From: Desulfobaccales bacterium
GTDB taxonomy: Bacteria > Desulfobacterota > Desulfobaccia > Desulfobaccales > 0-14-0-80-60-11
Direction: 5' to 3'
Length of the DNA stretch: 64,000 bases
Assembly: GCA_041648175.1 (NCBI GenBank)
Contig: JBAZPO010000006.1
Location: 83,317-147,316 of the forward strand
Under the pieces are notes generated by a model. The model was not told the origin of the DNA. It ran no database searches and saw only the letters and a list, made by a program, of their open reading frames with translations. Both the position numbers and the translations under genes were made by a program. Shown here in pieces: positions 19,915-29,655 of the stretch (position 1 is the first letter of the stretch; each line of letters begins with the position of its first letter).

Positions 19915-21795
19915 TTATTCGGGCACAAACACCTGGATCTTGGCCCGGCGGCGCTCCCCGTCCAGCCAGGAGGCGAAGAGGAGCTGCTGCTTCTGGTTAA
20001 GAAATTGGGTACGCATCCGGTCCCGCTCCTTTTGAAATTCCTGGGGGTCCGGTTCCCGCCGGGCCTTGAAGGCCAGCAGGTAATAGGCGTCTTGCCATAG
20101 CAGGGGTTTTTCGGGATACGGGCGTTCCTGGGAAAGTTGGAAGGCGGCGCCGGTGAGGGCCTCGGCCTCCGGCTGCTTGTGGAAACCCTGGAGCCGGGTA
20201 AAAAAGCCGCTGTCCTGAACGGTCAGCCCCGCCGCGGCCGCCACCTGGGCCAGGGGCTTGCCGCCCCGGAGTTCCCCCAACAGCCGGGAGGCTTCCTGCT
20301 CGGCTTTTTTCCGGGCCAGGTTTTTTTTCAACGCGGCCTTCACCTGGTCCTTGATCTGGGCCAGGGCGGGCAGGTGCGCCGCCTGATATTCCACGCCTTT
20401 AAGGACCGCGAACCCGTCCGGCAACTCCACCACCTTGCTGACTTCCTGGGGTTTGAGGTGAAGGGCGGCTTGGTTGAAAGCAGGCTGCACCCCCAGTCCC
20501 GGGACGGCATCTTGCAAGGCAAACAGCGGGGTCTCCCGGGAAGTCACGCCCAATTTCTGCGCCACCGTGGCCGGGGAACCCTGGGCCAACTCTTTCTGGG
20601 CCTGCTGGGCCGCGTCCTTCGCCAATTGTTGCGCCTGTTCCTCTTTAAGCCGCTGCTCCACCTGCTTGGCGGCCTCAGGCACAGCCTCCGTCTCCTTGAT
20701 CTCGTCCACCTTGATCAGGTAAATCCCCGCAGGGGTGGCCGCCATACCCACGCCCCCCGGTTTGAGGGCAAACGCGACCTTGTCCCATTCCGGGTGATTC
20801 TGGCCGCGTTTGACCACGCCCAGGTCTCCCCCCTTATCCTTGGTGGCCGCGTCCTGAGAGTTTGCTCGGGCCAGGTCGGCGAAATCCGCCCCCGTCTGAG
20901 CCTGCCGCCCCAGGTTCTGGGCCTTCTGCGTCACTTGCCGGCGCTGGGCGTCCGTGGCCTGGGCGGGCAAAGTGAGCACGATCTGGTGCGCCTGAATCGC
21001 CTTGGCGCGGACATATTCGTCTTGGTGCTCTTTGAGAAAAGCTTGCACGTCATCCGGGCTGAGCTTGACCTTCTTAAGAAAATCCTTAGTCTGGAAGATC
21101 AGGTAGTTAACCCGGGCACGGTCCGGCAGACGAAATTCCGCCTCATTCTCCTTATAATAGCGGTCCACGGCTTCGTCGCCGGGATTTTGCTGGGCCAGGT
21201 ATTTATCCGGGGAGATCGTCAGGTAGTTGACGTCCGTCTCTTCTTGGGTGATGCGGAAGAGTTCCTTTAGTTCCGCATCCGAGACCTTGGCTAAAGAGGT
21301 CACTTCCGCGATGACCTTGCGGAGGAGCAGGCGCTGGCGCTCCCCAGCCTCGAAAGCCTGGGGGCTTAGGTGGCTCCGGGTTAGTAGCCAGTTATAGCGC
21401 TCCTCGTCGAACTTGCCGTCTTTTTGGAAATAGGGGTAGCTCTGGATCTGGCGGCGCAGCTCGGTGTCGGTCACGCCAAGACCCAGGCGCGGCGCCGCTT
21501 GGAGGATCAGGGTCTCTTCCACCAGTTGGCTCAGGGCCATCTCCTTGAGCCGCAGGGCCTTGATCATTTCGGGCGTCAGTTCGCCCGCGGCCCGCTCCTG
21601 GTACTGCTTGACCAGGTCGTTGTAATGCCGCGCGAACTCGGTCATGGGGATAATAGTGCCGTTGACTTCAGCCGCCTCCTGGGAGCGGGCCGATTTGTAG
21701 GAGCCCACGCCCCAGAAAATAAAGACTACCACGATGGCCCCGATGGCCAAATAGATGAACCAGGAACGGGAAGATTTACGCAGCCATTGTAACAT
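19915..21795 (-). CDS. PpiD/SurA-like periplasmic chaperone with parvulin PPIase domain
   Basis: N-terminal anchor MLQWLRKSSRSWFIYLAIGAIVVVFIFWG. Parvulin segment AHQIVL...GGDLGVVKRGQ... Confidence 0.75.
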   Translation of the reverse strand: MLQWLRKSSRSWFIYLAIGAIVVVFIFWGVGSYKSARSQEAAEVNGTIIPMTEFARHYNDLVKQYQERAAGELTPEMIKALRLKEMALSQLVEETLILQAAPRLGLGVTDTELRRQIQSYPYFQKDGKFDEERYNWLLTRSHLSPQAFEAGERQRLLLRKVIAEVTSLAKVSDAELKELFRITQEETDVNYLTISPDKYLAQQNPGDEAVDRYYKENEAEFRLPDRARVNYLIFQTKDFLKKVKLSPDDVQAFLKEHQDEYVRAKAIQAHQIVLTLPAQATDAQRRQVTQKAQNLGRQAQTGADFADLARANSQDAATKDKGGDLGVVKRGQNHPEWDKVAFALKPGGVGMAATPAGIYLIKVDEIKETEAVPEAAKQVEQRLKEEQAQQLAKDAAQQAQKELAQGSPATVAQKLGVTSRETPLFALQDAVPGLGVQPAFNQAALHLKPQEVSKVVELPDGFAVLKGVEYQAAHLPALAQIKDQVKAALKKNLARKKAEQEASRLLGELRGGKPLAQVAAAAGLTVQDSGFFTRLQGFHKQPEAEALTGAAFQLSQERPYPEKPLLWQDAYYLLAFKARREPDPQEFQKERDRMRTQFLNQKQQLLFASWLDGERRRAKIQVFVPE

Positions 21796-21867
21796 GGGTT
21801 CAGATTACCTCGATTTGATGTGCCCGGAAGCCGGCCAGCTCGGAAATGATCTACGGAAGCCGCAGAG

Positions 21868-22587
21868 TTACCGCGCGGCTGGCTTGGAGCCTTCCTTCAA
21901 CATTTTCTGGGCCTCTTTGGCTTCGGGACTGTTTGGATAAGCCTTGACCAATTTTCTTAACGTGTCCCGATACGTACTCATTTGCTGCTGGTTTTTGTAG
22001 CACAGGGCCTGGCGCAGGAGACCCGCAGGGGCCAGGATGCTCTTGGGGAACTGCGTCCGCAACTTATTAAACTCCACCCCGGCTTCCCGGTACTTGGCAT
22101 CCTGGTAGAAGCTGTCCGCCAGGTAATAACGTGCTTCCGGAGCCCTGGGGCCCTTGGGCTGGCTCTTCAAATAATCATTAAACTGGGTCCGGGCCTCGCC
22201 GAATTTCTTGGCGTGATACTGGCGCATGCCCTCGGTGTAGTGCTTCTCCGCCGCAGCGCCGGAAACTGCCGGTTTGGCCGTGGCTTTGGGATAGGCCGGG
22301 GTGGAGGGCGCCGGGACGGCATGCGGCTTGGCCGCCGGTGCTGCCGGGTGGGCTTCCAGTTGAGCTACCCGGCTCTCCAACTGCTGCACCTGACTTTGCA
22401 AGTTTTGGACCTGCTGTGCCAGGTCTGGGGCGGGAGCCGGGGCCTGGCCCGGCGCCGCGGTGCCCGCCGGGGTCTCGGCCGGCACCGGCGGCATGGACGT
22501 GCGCATGCCGGGCATGGTGCCACAGGCCATCGGGAGCACTAAAAGGGTTACCGCCGCCAGATACCGGATCACACCTGCCTGCCTCAT
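21868..22587 (-). CDS. YbgF/CpoB-like TPR protein with coiled-coil N-terminal region
   Basis: Start taken at MRQAGVIRYLAAVTLLVL (lipoprotein-like signal, ...PMACG). Contains the coiled coil QVQNLQSQVQQLESRVAQLE and a C-terminal TPR region (YYLADSFYQDAKYREA). Confidence 0.55.
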   Translation of the reverse strand: MRQAGVIRYLAAVTLLVLPMACGTMPGMRTSMPPVPAETPAGTAAPGQAPAPAPDLAQQVQNLQSQVQQLESRVAQLEAHPAAPAAKPHAVPAPSTPAYPKATAKPAVSGAAAEKHYTEGMRQYHAKKFGEARTQFNDYLKSQPKGPRAPEARYYLADSFYQDAKYREAGVEFNKLRTQFPKSILAPAGLLRQALCYKNQQQMSTYRDTLRKLVKAYPNSPEAKEAQKMLKEGSKPAAR

Positions 22588-23117
22588 GTCTCGTCCTCCT
22601 GGACCATTAAATATCGCCTGACCGCTGCACGGGCGACTCCGTGGCGGCCGCCCGGCGCCCACCATCACCCTAACTTATTTGCCTAAATGTTTCATAATAT
22701 TATCTTGAGGGCTTGATTGTCAAGGACACCTTACGGCTGGTAATGTCTTGCTTTCTCTATGCCTGAGGATAAATGTCGAAACAGCCCAGGCTGACAGCCA
22801 GGCAGGACCGGGGTTTTCTGGAGATTAATATAGTTTACAATAATGTCTTACCATAGCGAGGTGATTCAAAGTAAAGCCGGGGATTACCGGGTTGCTGTCG
22901 GCAAGTACGGCTTTGACGCGGCCATCGCAGAATTAAAGAAAGGCGTCGATAACAAAATTTTCCCAACAGATGCCTGGATCATCAGTCAGGAAAGGGTACT
23001 CCAGTAATTGCCGTTCCCCGGTGGAGCTGCCTTCCAGCGAATCCGGGGGGCGAAGGCGTCCCGGTCAGGATAACCCCAATAATTTAGTTGCAAGGCTCTA
23101 ATCCTATATAAACTTAA

Positions 23118-23138
23118 TCCCCCTTTTTCAAAGGGGGA
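23118..23138. repeat. TCCCCCTTT-ttc-AAAGGGGGA hairpin (same family as 17557..17598)
   Basis: 9-bp perfect stem read directly, followed by CTTTTT. Located in the long intergenic region upstream of cstA. Confidence 0.4.
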
Positions 23139-23601
23139 CTTTTTACCCCCTCCCCTTAAGGCTAGCCGGTTTCAGGCACGAAGGTTCGGCCGGCACCTAA
23201 CTTCTTTGAAGTTATCTTTATGAGCGCAACCCGGTATGAGAGATCAATGGCCAGGAGGAAGCAGTTTCGAGCCCGGTGAATTTGAGCCGAGGCGACGGGA
23301 CTTACCCGGAACCGGAAGCAACGAACCTAAGATATTGTTTAAATTTAATCAATAGGTTACCTAGGATTTTTGCATGCTCTATGACTTATCTAAAAAGAAT
23401 TGTGTTTAAGAGGTTTTCTGCTATATACTGGCCTTAAGGATGCCCGGAGAAGCTGGTTATCTTATTGATTTGATTAATTAATTTATTATCAATTGAGAAA
23501 GGAGGAGGCGGGGGTTCGAAGATTGTATCTTTTTTAATTTAATAATTTAGTGAAACCCATGGCGTCCTGAAAATTAAGTAACCGAGAGGAGGGGGGTTTA
23601 C

Positions 23602-25413
23602 ATGAATGCTTTGACCCTGGTTTTCGTGGCATTGTGCGTCTTTACCATAGCCTACCGGTTTTACGGCCTGTTCATCGCCAAAAGGGTCCTGGAGCTGAAA
23701 GTCGAAAGGCTGACGCCGGCGGTGAAATTGGCCGATGGCCACGATTATGTCAAGACCAATAAATTCGTCCTGTTTGGACACCATTTTGCGGCCATCGCCG
23801 CGGCCGGGCCACTCTTGGGACCGGTCCTGGCCGCCCAGTTCGGTTATCTGCCCGGGGCGCTGTGGATTATTATCGGCTGTGTCCTGGCCGGGGCCGTGCA
23901 CGACATGGTCATCCTCTTTGCGTCAGTCCGGCATAAGGGGCAAAGTCTGGCGAACATTGCCTCCAAAGAAATCAATCCTACCATCGGCGGCGTGGCCTCC
24001 GTGGCCGTCCTCTTTATCCTGATCCTCACCCTGGCGGGCCTGTCCATCGCGGTGGTCAACGCCATGTTCTCCAGTCCTTGGGCCACCTTCACGGTATTTT
24101 CCACTATGCCTATTGCCATTTTAATGGGGATTTATCTGCATGTCTGGCGGCATGACGATGTCCTGGGGGCAAGCATTCTCGGCGTTGTGCTGCTGACCAT
24201 CGCAGTCATCGCCGGTCCTTATATCGTAGCCAATCCCACTTTGGCCTCCTGGTTCACCCTATCCAAAAATCAACTCGCCGTCATTATTCCTATATACGGT
24301 TTTATAGCCTCGGTCCTGCCGGTCTGGCTGCTCCTCTGTCCCCGGGATTACCTGTCCACCTATCTGAAGGTGGGCACCATTGTCATGCTGGCCGTCGGCA
24401 TCGGGTTTATGCGGCCGACGCTGTTAATGGAGCCCATCACCAAGTTTGTCAGCGGTGGCGGCCCCATCATTCCCGGTGCAGTCTTCCCCTTTGTCTTCAT
24501 TACCATTGCCTGCGGCGCCATATCCGGATTCCACGCTATCATCGGGACCGGCACCACCCCCAAGATGATAGGCAATGAACGGGACGTCTTGTTCATCGGC
24601 TACGGCGGCATGTTGCTGGAAGGCTTTGTGGCCATCATGGCCCTGATTGCCGCCTGTGTGCTGGTGCCCGCCGATTACTTCGCCATTAACTCCCTGCCCG
24701 CAGTCTTTGCCAAACTTGGCATGAACACGGTGCATCTCAATGATCTGGCCAAAGAGGTGGGGGAAACCATTCAAGGCCGGCCCGGCGGCGCGGTTTCTTT
24801 GGCCGTCGGCATGGCCTATATCTTTGACGGCATCCCGGTTCTGAAAGGCTTAATGGCTTACTGGTATCACTTCGCCATCATGTTTGAGGCCGTGTTTATC
24901 CTCACCGCGGTGGATACCGGCACCCGGGTGGGCCGTTTCTTCCTCCAGGAAATGATCGGCGCCTACATCCCCAAGTTCTCCGAGAAAAGATGGGTCCCGG
25001 GCATTGTCATCACCAGCGCCATCTTTACCTTCTGTTGGGGCTATCTGGTCTATACCGGCAATATCTCCACCATCTGGCCGCTATTCGGCATGAGCAACCA
25101 GCTCCTGGCCTCCAGCGCCCTCATCATCGGCACCACCATGCTTATGCGGCTGAACAAGGTCAAATACGCCTGGATTACCGCAATTCCCGGTGTGCTCTTG
25201 GCCTTTATCACCATGTATGCCGGCTACCTGAATATATTTGACAATTTCCTCCCCAAGAAGCTGTATCTGCTCAGCGCCATGTCTATAATCGTTATGGTTC
25301 TCATGCTCATTGTGTTTGTGGGAGCCATCAAGAAGTGGCTTGAGCTGCTGCAGATCAAAACCACGGTGCGGGATGCATACGGTGAACCGGTATTGGAGAT
25401 CGTGCCGGAATAA
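23602..25413 (+). CDS. cstA: carbon starvation protein A (CstA family transporter)
   Basis: 603 aa. YRFYGLFIAKRVL...VLFGHHFAAIAAAGPLLGPVLAAQFGYLPG is typical of CstA. RBS is GAGAGGAGGGG. Confidence 0.9.
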   Translation: MNALTLVFVALCVFTIAYRFYGLFIAKRVLELKVERLTPAVKLADGHDYVKTNKFVLFGHHFAAIAAAGPLLGPVLAAQFGYLPGALWIIIGCVLAGAVHDMVILFASVRHKGQSLANIASKEINPTIGGVASVAVLFILILTLAGLSIAVVNAMFSSPWATFTVFSTMPIAILMGIYLHVWRHDDVLGASILGVVLLTIAVIAGPYIVANPTLASWFTLSKNQLAVIIPIYGFIASVLPVWLLLCPRDYLSTYLKVGTIVMLAVGIGFMRPTLLMEPITKFVSGGGPIIPGAVFPFVFITIACGAISGFHAIIGTGTTPKMIGNERDVLFIGYGGMLLEGFVAIMALIAACVLVPADYFAINSLPAVFAKLGMNTVHLNDLAKEVGETIQGRPGGAVSLAVGMAYIFDGIPVLKGLMAYWYHFAIMFEAVFILTAVDTGTRVGRFFLQEMIGAYIPKFSEKRWVPGIVITSAIFTFCWGYLVYTGNISTIWPLFGMSNQLLASSALIIGTTMLMRLNKVKYAWITAIPGVLLAFITMYAGYLNIFDNFLPKKLYLLSAMSIIVMVLMLIVFVGAIKKWLELLQIKTTVRDAYGEPVLEIVPE

Positions 25414-25473
25414 ACCCCGGGATCGGTTATTAAAATAAGTTGTGCAGTGTGGTTCCCCGACAAGGAGGCAATC

Positions 25474-25947
25474 ATGTTCAAAAAGATATTGGTGCCACTG
25501 GATGGCTCGGACCTGGCGGCCCAAATAATCCCCCAGGTTGAGACGCTGGCCAAACATGCCAATGCCCAGGTGACGCTGTTGTCCGTGGGCTCTTCAAATA
25601 TCTGCGCCATCGGCGGCGCCGGGGAGGCAGCACCGTGCCCTGAGACGCCTTTGGCCAACCAGTTGGAGCAGATCACCGCGAGACTAAAGGCCGCGGGCCT
25701 TGAGGCCAATTGGATCTATAAACTGGGCCGCCATCCGGCCCAGGAGATTGTGGCCTATGCGGAGGAAAACCAGGTGGACTTGATCGCCCTGGCTTCCCAC
25801 GGAGCCGGCGAGGTCGCCTGGGTCTTGGGGAGTGTGGCCAAGCGGGTCATGGATCACGCCCCTGTGTCCGTGTTGCTGCTGCGGGTGGCGGAAATCGAAC
25901 CTCCCACGCTCAAAAGCGAGATGTTTTATTCCATGCAGACGCCGTAA
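25474..25947 (+). CDS. universal stress protein (UspA family)
   Basis: MFKKILVPLDGS... and ...DLIALASHGAGEVAWVLGSVAKRVMDHAPVSVLLL. Start chosen at the ATG preceded by AAGGAGG. Confidence 0.8.
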   Translation: MFKKILVPLDGSDLAAQIIPQVETLAKHANAQVTLLSVGSSNICAIGGAGEAAPCPETPLANQLEQITARLKAAGLEANWIYKLGRHPAQEIVAYAEENQVDLIALASHGAGEVAWVLGSVAKRVMDHAPVSVLLLRVAEIEPPTLKSEMFYSMQTP

Positions 25948-25957
25948 GCTCTAAGCT

Positions 25958-26020
25958 CTCTGCGTTCTTTTGCGCCTCTGCGGTGAAAAAATTAACCGCA
26001 GAGACGCTGAGGGCGCAGAG
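25958..26020. repeat. 63-bp palindromic REP-like element (copy 2)
   Basis: ctctgcgttcttttgcgcctctgcggtgaaaaaattaaccgcagagacgctgagggcgcagag. Matches 9021..9084 apart from a few bases and the A-run length. Confidence 0.7.
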
Positions 26021-26047
26021 CAAGCCGCACCATGAGGGACGAAATCG

Positions 26048-27067
26048 ATGAATTTAGCCGAACTGCGAGAAGTTGCTAAAGACAAATTAAAGGGGTATTG
26101 CCGGGTCTGTCCGGTCTGCAACGGTCGGGCCTGCGCCGGCGAAGTGCCCGGCATGGGCGGAGCCGGGACCGGGAGCGCCTTTGCGGCCAATCTGGAGGCC
26201 TTGGCCCGGTATCGCTTGAATATGCGGACCTTGCACGATGTCAAGGAGCCGGACACTTCCTTTACCCTGTGGGGGGAAAAGCTGTCCATGCCCATCTTGG
26301 CCGCGCCCATGACCGGGGTCTCCTACAATATGGGCGGCAAGATTTCGGAGGAGGGGTTCCTTCAGGAGATTGTGGCGGGAGCGCTAATCGCCGGCACCCT
26401 GGGCATGTCCGGCGACGGCGCCGACCCGGAGATGTATGCCGGCGGCCTGAAAGCCATTGCCGATCATCACGGCAAAGGCATTCCCATCACCAAACCCCGG
26501 GCCCAGGCTGAGGCCATTAAGTACCTCAAGGCCGCGGCGGAGGCGGGGGTTCTGGGAGTGGGCGTGGATATCGACGGGGCCGGCTTAATTACCATGGCCC
26601 TCAAGGGTCAACCCGTCGGTCCCAAAAGCTTTGACGAAATCAAGGAACTGATCGCATCAACAAAGCTGCCCTTTCTGGTCAAGGGGATCATGACCCCGGA
26701 GGAAGCCGAACTTGCCCTGGCGGCCGGGGCCGCGGCGATCGTGGTTTCGAACCACGGTGGGCGGGTTCTGGATAGCACCCCGGGGGCGGCTGAAGTATTG
26801 CCCGCCATCGCCGACCGGGTCAAAGGCAGGGTGCTGATTTTTGCCGACGGCGGCGTGCGCTCCGGCAGCGATGTCCTTAAGCTCCTGGCCTTGGGGGCTG
26901 ATTTGGTCCTCGTGGGCCGGCCCCTGGTTATCGGCGTCATGGGTGGCGGCCGGGAAGGTGTGGCCTTATTGCTCAATAAAATGAAGAGCGAACTCATCCA
27001 GGCCATGTTGCTAACCGGTGCCGCGGACGTGAAAAATGTGCCCCGGGCGATTCTGTATGGCAGTTAA
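26048..27067 (+). CDS. FMN-dependent alpha-hydroxy-acid oxidising enzyme family protein
   Basis: TIM-barrel FMN motifs (VKGIMTPEEA, VVSNHGGRVLD, IFADGGVRSGSDVLKLLALGA). Has an N-terminal CRVCPVCNGRAC segment. Confidence 0.7.
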   Translation: MNLAELREVAKDKLKGYCRVCPVCNGRACAGEVPGMGGAGTGSAFAANLEALARYRLNMRTLHDVKEPDTSFTLWGEKLSMPILAAPMTGVSYNMGGKISEEGFLQEIVAGALIAGTLGMSGDGADPEMYAGGLKAIADHHGKGIPITKPRAQAEAIKYLKAAAEAGVLGVGVDIDGAGLITMALKGQPVGPKSFDEIKELIASTKLPFLVKGIMTPEEAELALAAGAAAIVVSNHGGRVLDSTPGAAEVLPAIADRVKGRVLIFADGGVRSGSDVLKLLALGADLVLVGRPLVIGVMGGGREGVALLLNKMKSELIQAMLLTGAADVKNVPRAILYGS

Positions 27068-28002
27068 CTATAAGGGATCTCACCGAAATCTTCCCGGTCT
27101 TTCCAGGTCCGGGTGAGATGGCTCAAAGGAATGATCAGAACATAATAAGGGATCAGGTACAGCGCGGCCACAACCGAAGTCAACGGATCGTTGAAATAGC
27201 TCCCTAAGACGATGACCAGGACGTTGTTGATCCAGCCCAGGGCCCCGGCAGCCGCCACCCGTTCGGTTGGTAGGCTGGACTTAAACAGGATCAGCCCGGT
27301 GCCGGCCATTAACACCCCTAAGCCGGTGCCCACCAGCACCGCAACCACTACCTTATGCTGGTGCGCCCGCAAGAACGGCGCATAAAGACCAAAGGCGCCC
27401 AGGTTCATGGCCACAAAGAGAATCAAGGATATGGCGTAAGAGTGCCTCTCCATCCAATCCGACGCCCTCGGTAACCAGCGCCGGAAAAACAGGGAGGCTA
27501 AGAGCGGCACAAAGATCAAGGTCATCATGAATTTGGCCAGGCCGAACAGGTCAAAATGGATTTCCCGGCCCACCAGGAATTCGACGATCAGCGGCAGGGT
27601 CAGGGGCAGCAATAACGTGGTAACCACAGTCATGGCCAAGACCAGGGGAATGTCCGCCCCCACCAGCCCGGAAAAAAAGGCGGCCGACAAACCGGTGGAG
27701 GCCCCGGCCAGTAAGAGCAGACCCAAGGCATAGTCCGGGATGAATTTTATGGCTAGGAGATAAACGATAAAGGGCAGAATGATCAACTTGATCAGGACTA
27801 ACAGGGTCATCTTGACGGGATAGCGCCGCAGGGTGTGCCAAATGGCCGGCGGGTACACCTTCAGGAAGGCCAGAAAGAGCAGGCCCATTAGGGTCCACGA
27901 CAGGAAGGGACCTAAAGAGCTGGTCACCCTGGGCCAGGCCACCCCGGCTGCCATGCTGCCGAAGACCACGGCCAGCAGAATGATATCTTTAATTCTGATC
28001 AT
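27064..28002 (-). CDS. bile acid:sodium symporter (BASS)-like membrane transporter
   Basis: 312 aa with about 9-10 TM helices. Overall resemblance to BASS/Acr3-like proteins, but no diagnostic motif verified. Confidence 0.5.
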   Translation of the reverse strand: MIRIKDIILLAVVFGSMAAGVAWPRVTSSLGPFLSWTLMGLLFLAFLKVYPPAIWHTLRRYPVKMTLLVLIKLIILPFIVYLLAIKFIPDYALGLLLLAGASTGLSAAFFSGLVGADIPLVLAMTVVTTLLLPLTLPLIVEFLVGREIHFDLFGLAKFMMTLIFVPLLASLFFRRWLPRASDWMERHSYAISLILFVAMNLGAFGLYAPFLRAHQHKVVVAVLVGTGLGVLMAGTGLILFKSSLPTERVAAAGALGWINNVLVIVLGSYFNDPLTSVVAALYLIPYYVLIIPLSHLTRTWKDREDFGEIPYS

Positions 28003-28148
28003 GAATTGGTGAGGACTTGATTATTTTACGCCCGACTTGGCATGAGTAAGGAAGATATCATGTTTCCCCATATCCTGCCGCTATCGCCAGGCAATTTCAG
28101 GAAAATCACTCAAAGCAATTTTAGGCAAAATAGTGCCGAGGTGACCGC

Positions 28149-28541
28149 GTGAAGAAACTTGGCGTCATGACCGGTGCGCTTATGTGCGCCATCCTCGTCG
28201 CCTGGCTGGCTTGGCCGGGAATGACGGTTTTGCAGATTCAAGACCACGGCAAGGAGATCCGAGTGCAAGCCGGGGAAGTTATCGAGCTTGCCTTGAAAGA
28301 GCAGGCAGGCACCGGCTACACCTGGGAGTTTAATAAGCTTGATGAAAAACATTTCCAGGTCGTGCGCACCGAAACCAGGCGCCTGGCTCCCCAGCCTCCG
28401 GTGGGAGGACCGGTGCTTAAAGTTTGGCAATTGCAGATCAAAGCACCGGGGGAAGCCAGGCTCAGCCTGGATTATCTGCGGCCCTGGGAAGGCCGGGCCA
28501 AGGCCGTGGAACATTTCGAAGTTATGGTCCACATACGATAA
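28149..28541 (+). CDS. protease inhibitor I42 (chagasin/ICP) family protein, secreted
   Basis: Signal peptide. The GTGYTWEF loop motif is typical of chagasin-like inhibitors. About 130 aa; GTG start after GAGGTG. Confidence 0.7.
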   Translation: MKKLGVMTGALMCAILVAWLAWPGMTVLQIQDHGKEIRVQAGEVIELALKEQAGTGYTWEFNKLDEKHFQVVRTETRRLAPQPPVGGPVLKVWQLQIKAPGEARLSLDYLRPWEGRAKAVEHFEVMVHIR

Positions 28542-28710
28542 AGCCGAACCAGACCGGCACCGTGGCCTTTTTTACCAATCTCTTTGATGAACCCGGAACA
28601 CCAGGAGTGGAGCCATTTCCGAGGCACTGGCAGCAACCAGGATCACACCCGTTGTCGTAGACCGGTTCCGGCAGCAAATTTACCGGTTCTTTGCTGACCA
28701 CGGCCGCCAA

Positions 28711-29499
28711 ATGCCTTGGCGGGAGACCTCTGACCCTTATCACATTCTCGTCTCCGAAATCATGCTGCAGCAAACCCAGGTGGAGCGGGTGGCCCTCAAG
28801 TATGAGCCCTTCATCACCGCCTTCCCTGACGTCCTGTCGCTGGCCCAAGCCCCGCTGCGAGAGATCATGGCCAGGTGGCAAGGGCTGGGCTACAACCGCC
28901 GCGCCCTGGCTTTGCAGCGCCTCGCCCAACGGTTGGTGACCGAGTTTCAGGGGCGGCTGCCAAACTCGGTCGAGATCCTCCGGACGCTGCCCGGCATCGG
29001 CGCGGCCACCGCAGGCGCGGTGGCCGCCTTTGCCTTCAACCAACCGGTGGTGTTCATCGAAACCAACATCCGCCGGGTCTTTCTGCACTGCTTTTTTGGG
29101 GACCAAAACGGCATCCGGGATAACGAGATTCTGCCCCTGGTGGACCAAACCCTGGACCGGGCCCGGCCGCGCCCCTGGTACTATGCCCTCATGGACTACG
29201 GGGCCATGCTCAAGCGCGCCGTCCCCAACCCCAACCGCGCGAGTGCCCACTACCAGCGGCAATCCGCGTTTGCCGATTCCGACCGGCAAATTCGGGGGTT
29301 GATCTTAAAGACCATGCTGGAGTCCCCGGCTCTCTCTGTAAAGGAGCTGGTGCGGGCCGTGGGGAAAAGCCCGGAGCGGACGCGCCCTCTCATCGAGGCC
29401 TTAATCCACGAGGGCTTCCTGCAGCAGTCGGGAACCCGTCTGAGGATCGCCTCCGGAATGGGGCCTGGCGTGGAGCCAAAAAAAACGGGCGATGTTTAA
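28711..29499 (+). CDS. HhH-GPD DNA glycosylase (MutY/Nth-like) without Fe-S cysteines, with winged-helix-like C-terminus
   Basis: PWRETSDPYHILVSEIMLQQTQVERV...WQGLGYNRRA...LPGIGAATAGAV. There is no C-x6-C-x2-C-x5-C cluster. The true start is probably upstream of 28711 (see findings). Confidence 0.75.
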   Translation: MPWRETSDPYHILVSEIMLQQTQVERVALKYEPFITAFPDVLSLAQAPLREIMARWQGLGYNRRALALQRLAQRLVTEFQGRLPNSVEILRTLPGIGAATAGAVAAFAFNQPVVFIETNIRRVFLHCFFGDQNGIRDNEILPLVDQTLDRARPRPWYYALMDYGAMLKRAVPNPNRASAHYQRQSAFADSDRQIRGLILKTMLESPALSVKELVRAVGKSPERTRPLIEALIHEGFLQQSGTRLRIASGMGPGVEPKKTGDV

Positions 29500-29655
29500 C
29501 AGCGCCCGCAACTCGCAGTCCATCCGGTTGCTGCCGGATCAAAATTTGGGATAGATTCTTTTTAGGCCGTGGTCCGGGTAACAAATAGTGGCGCCGGGAA
29601 TTTTCGGATATATATTATGATGAATTTTGCAGCAATCCATACCAAGGAGATGTAC

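Noticed and set aside
22843-23007. 54-codon ORF (MSYHSEVIQSKAGDYRVAVGKYGFDAAIAELKKGVDNKIFPTDAWIISQERVLQ)
   Set aside because: There is no Shine-Dalgarno within a sensible distance of the ATG and no recognisable motif. I kept it only as a note inside the long cstA upstream region.
9021-26020. Possibility that the repeated palindromic elements form a CRISPR array
   Set aside because: The copies are single, kilobases apart and internally palindromic. They have no regular repeat-spacer periodicity, and there are no cas genes in the window.
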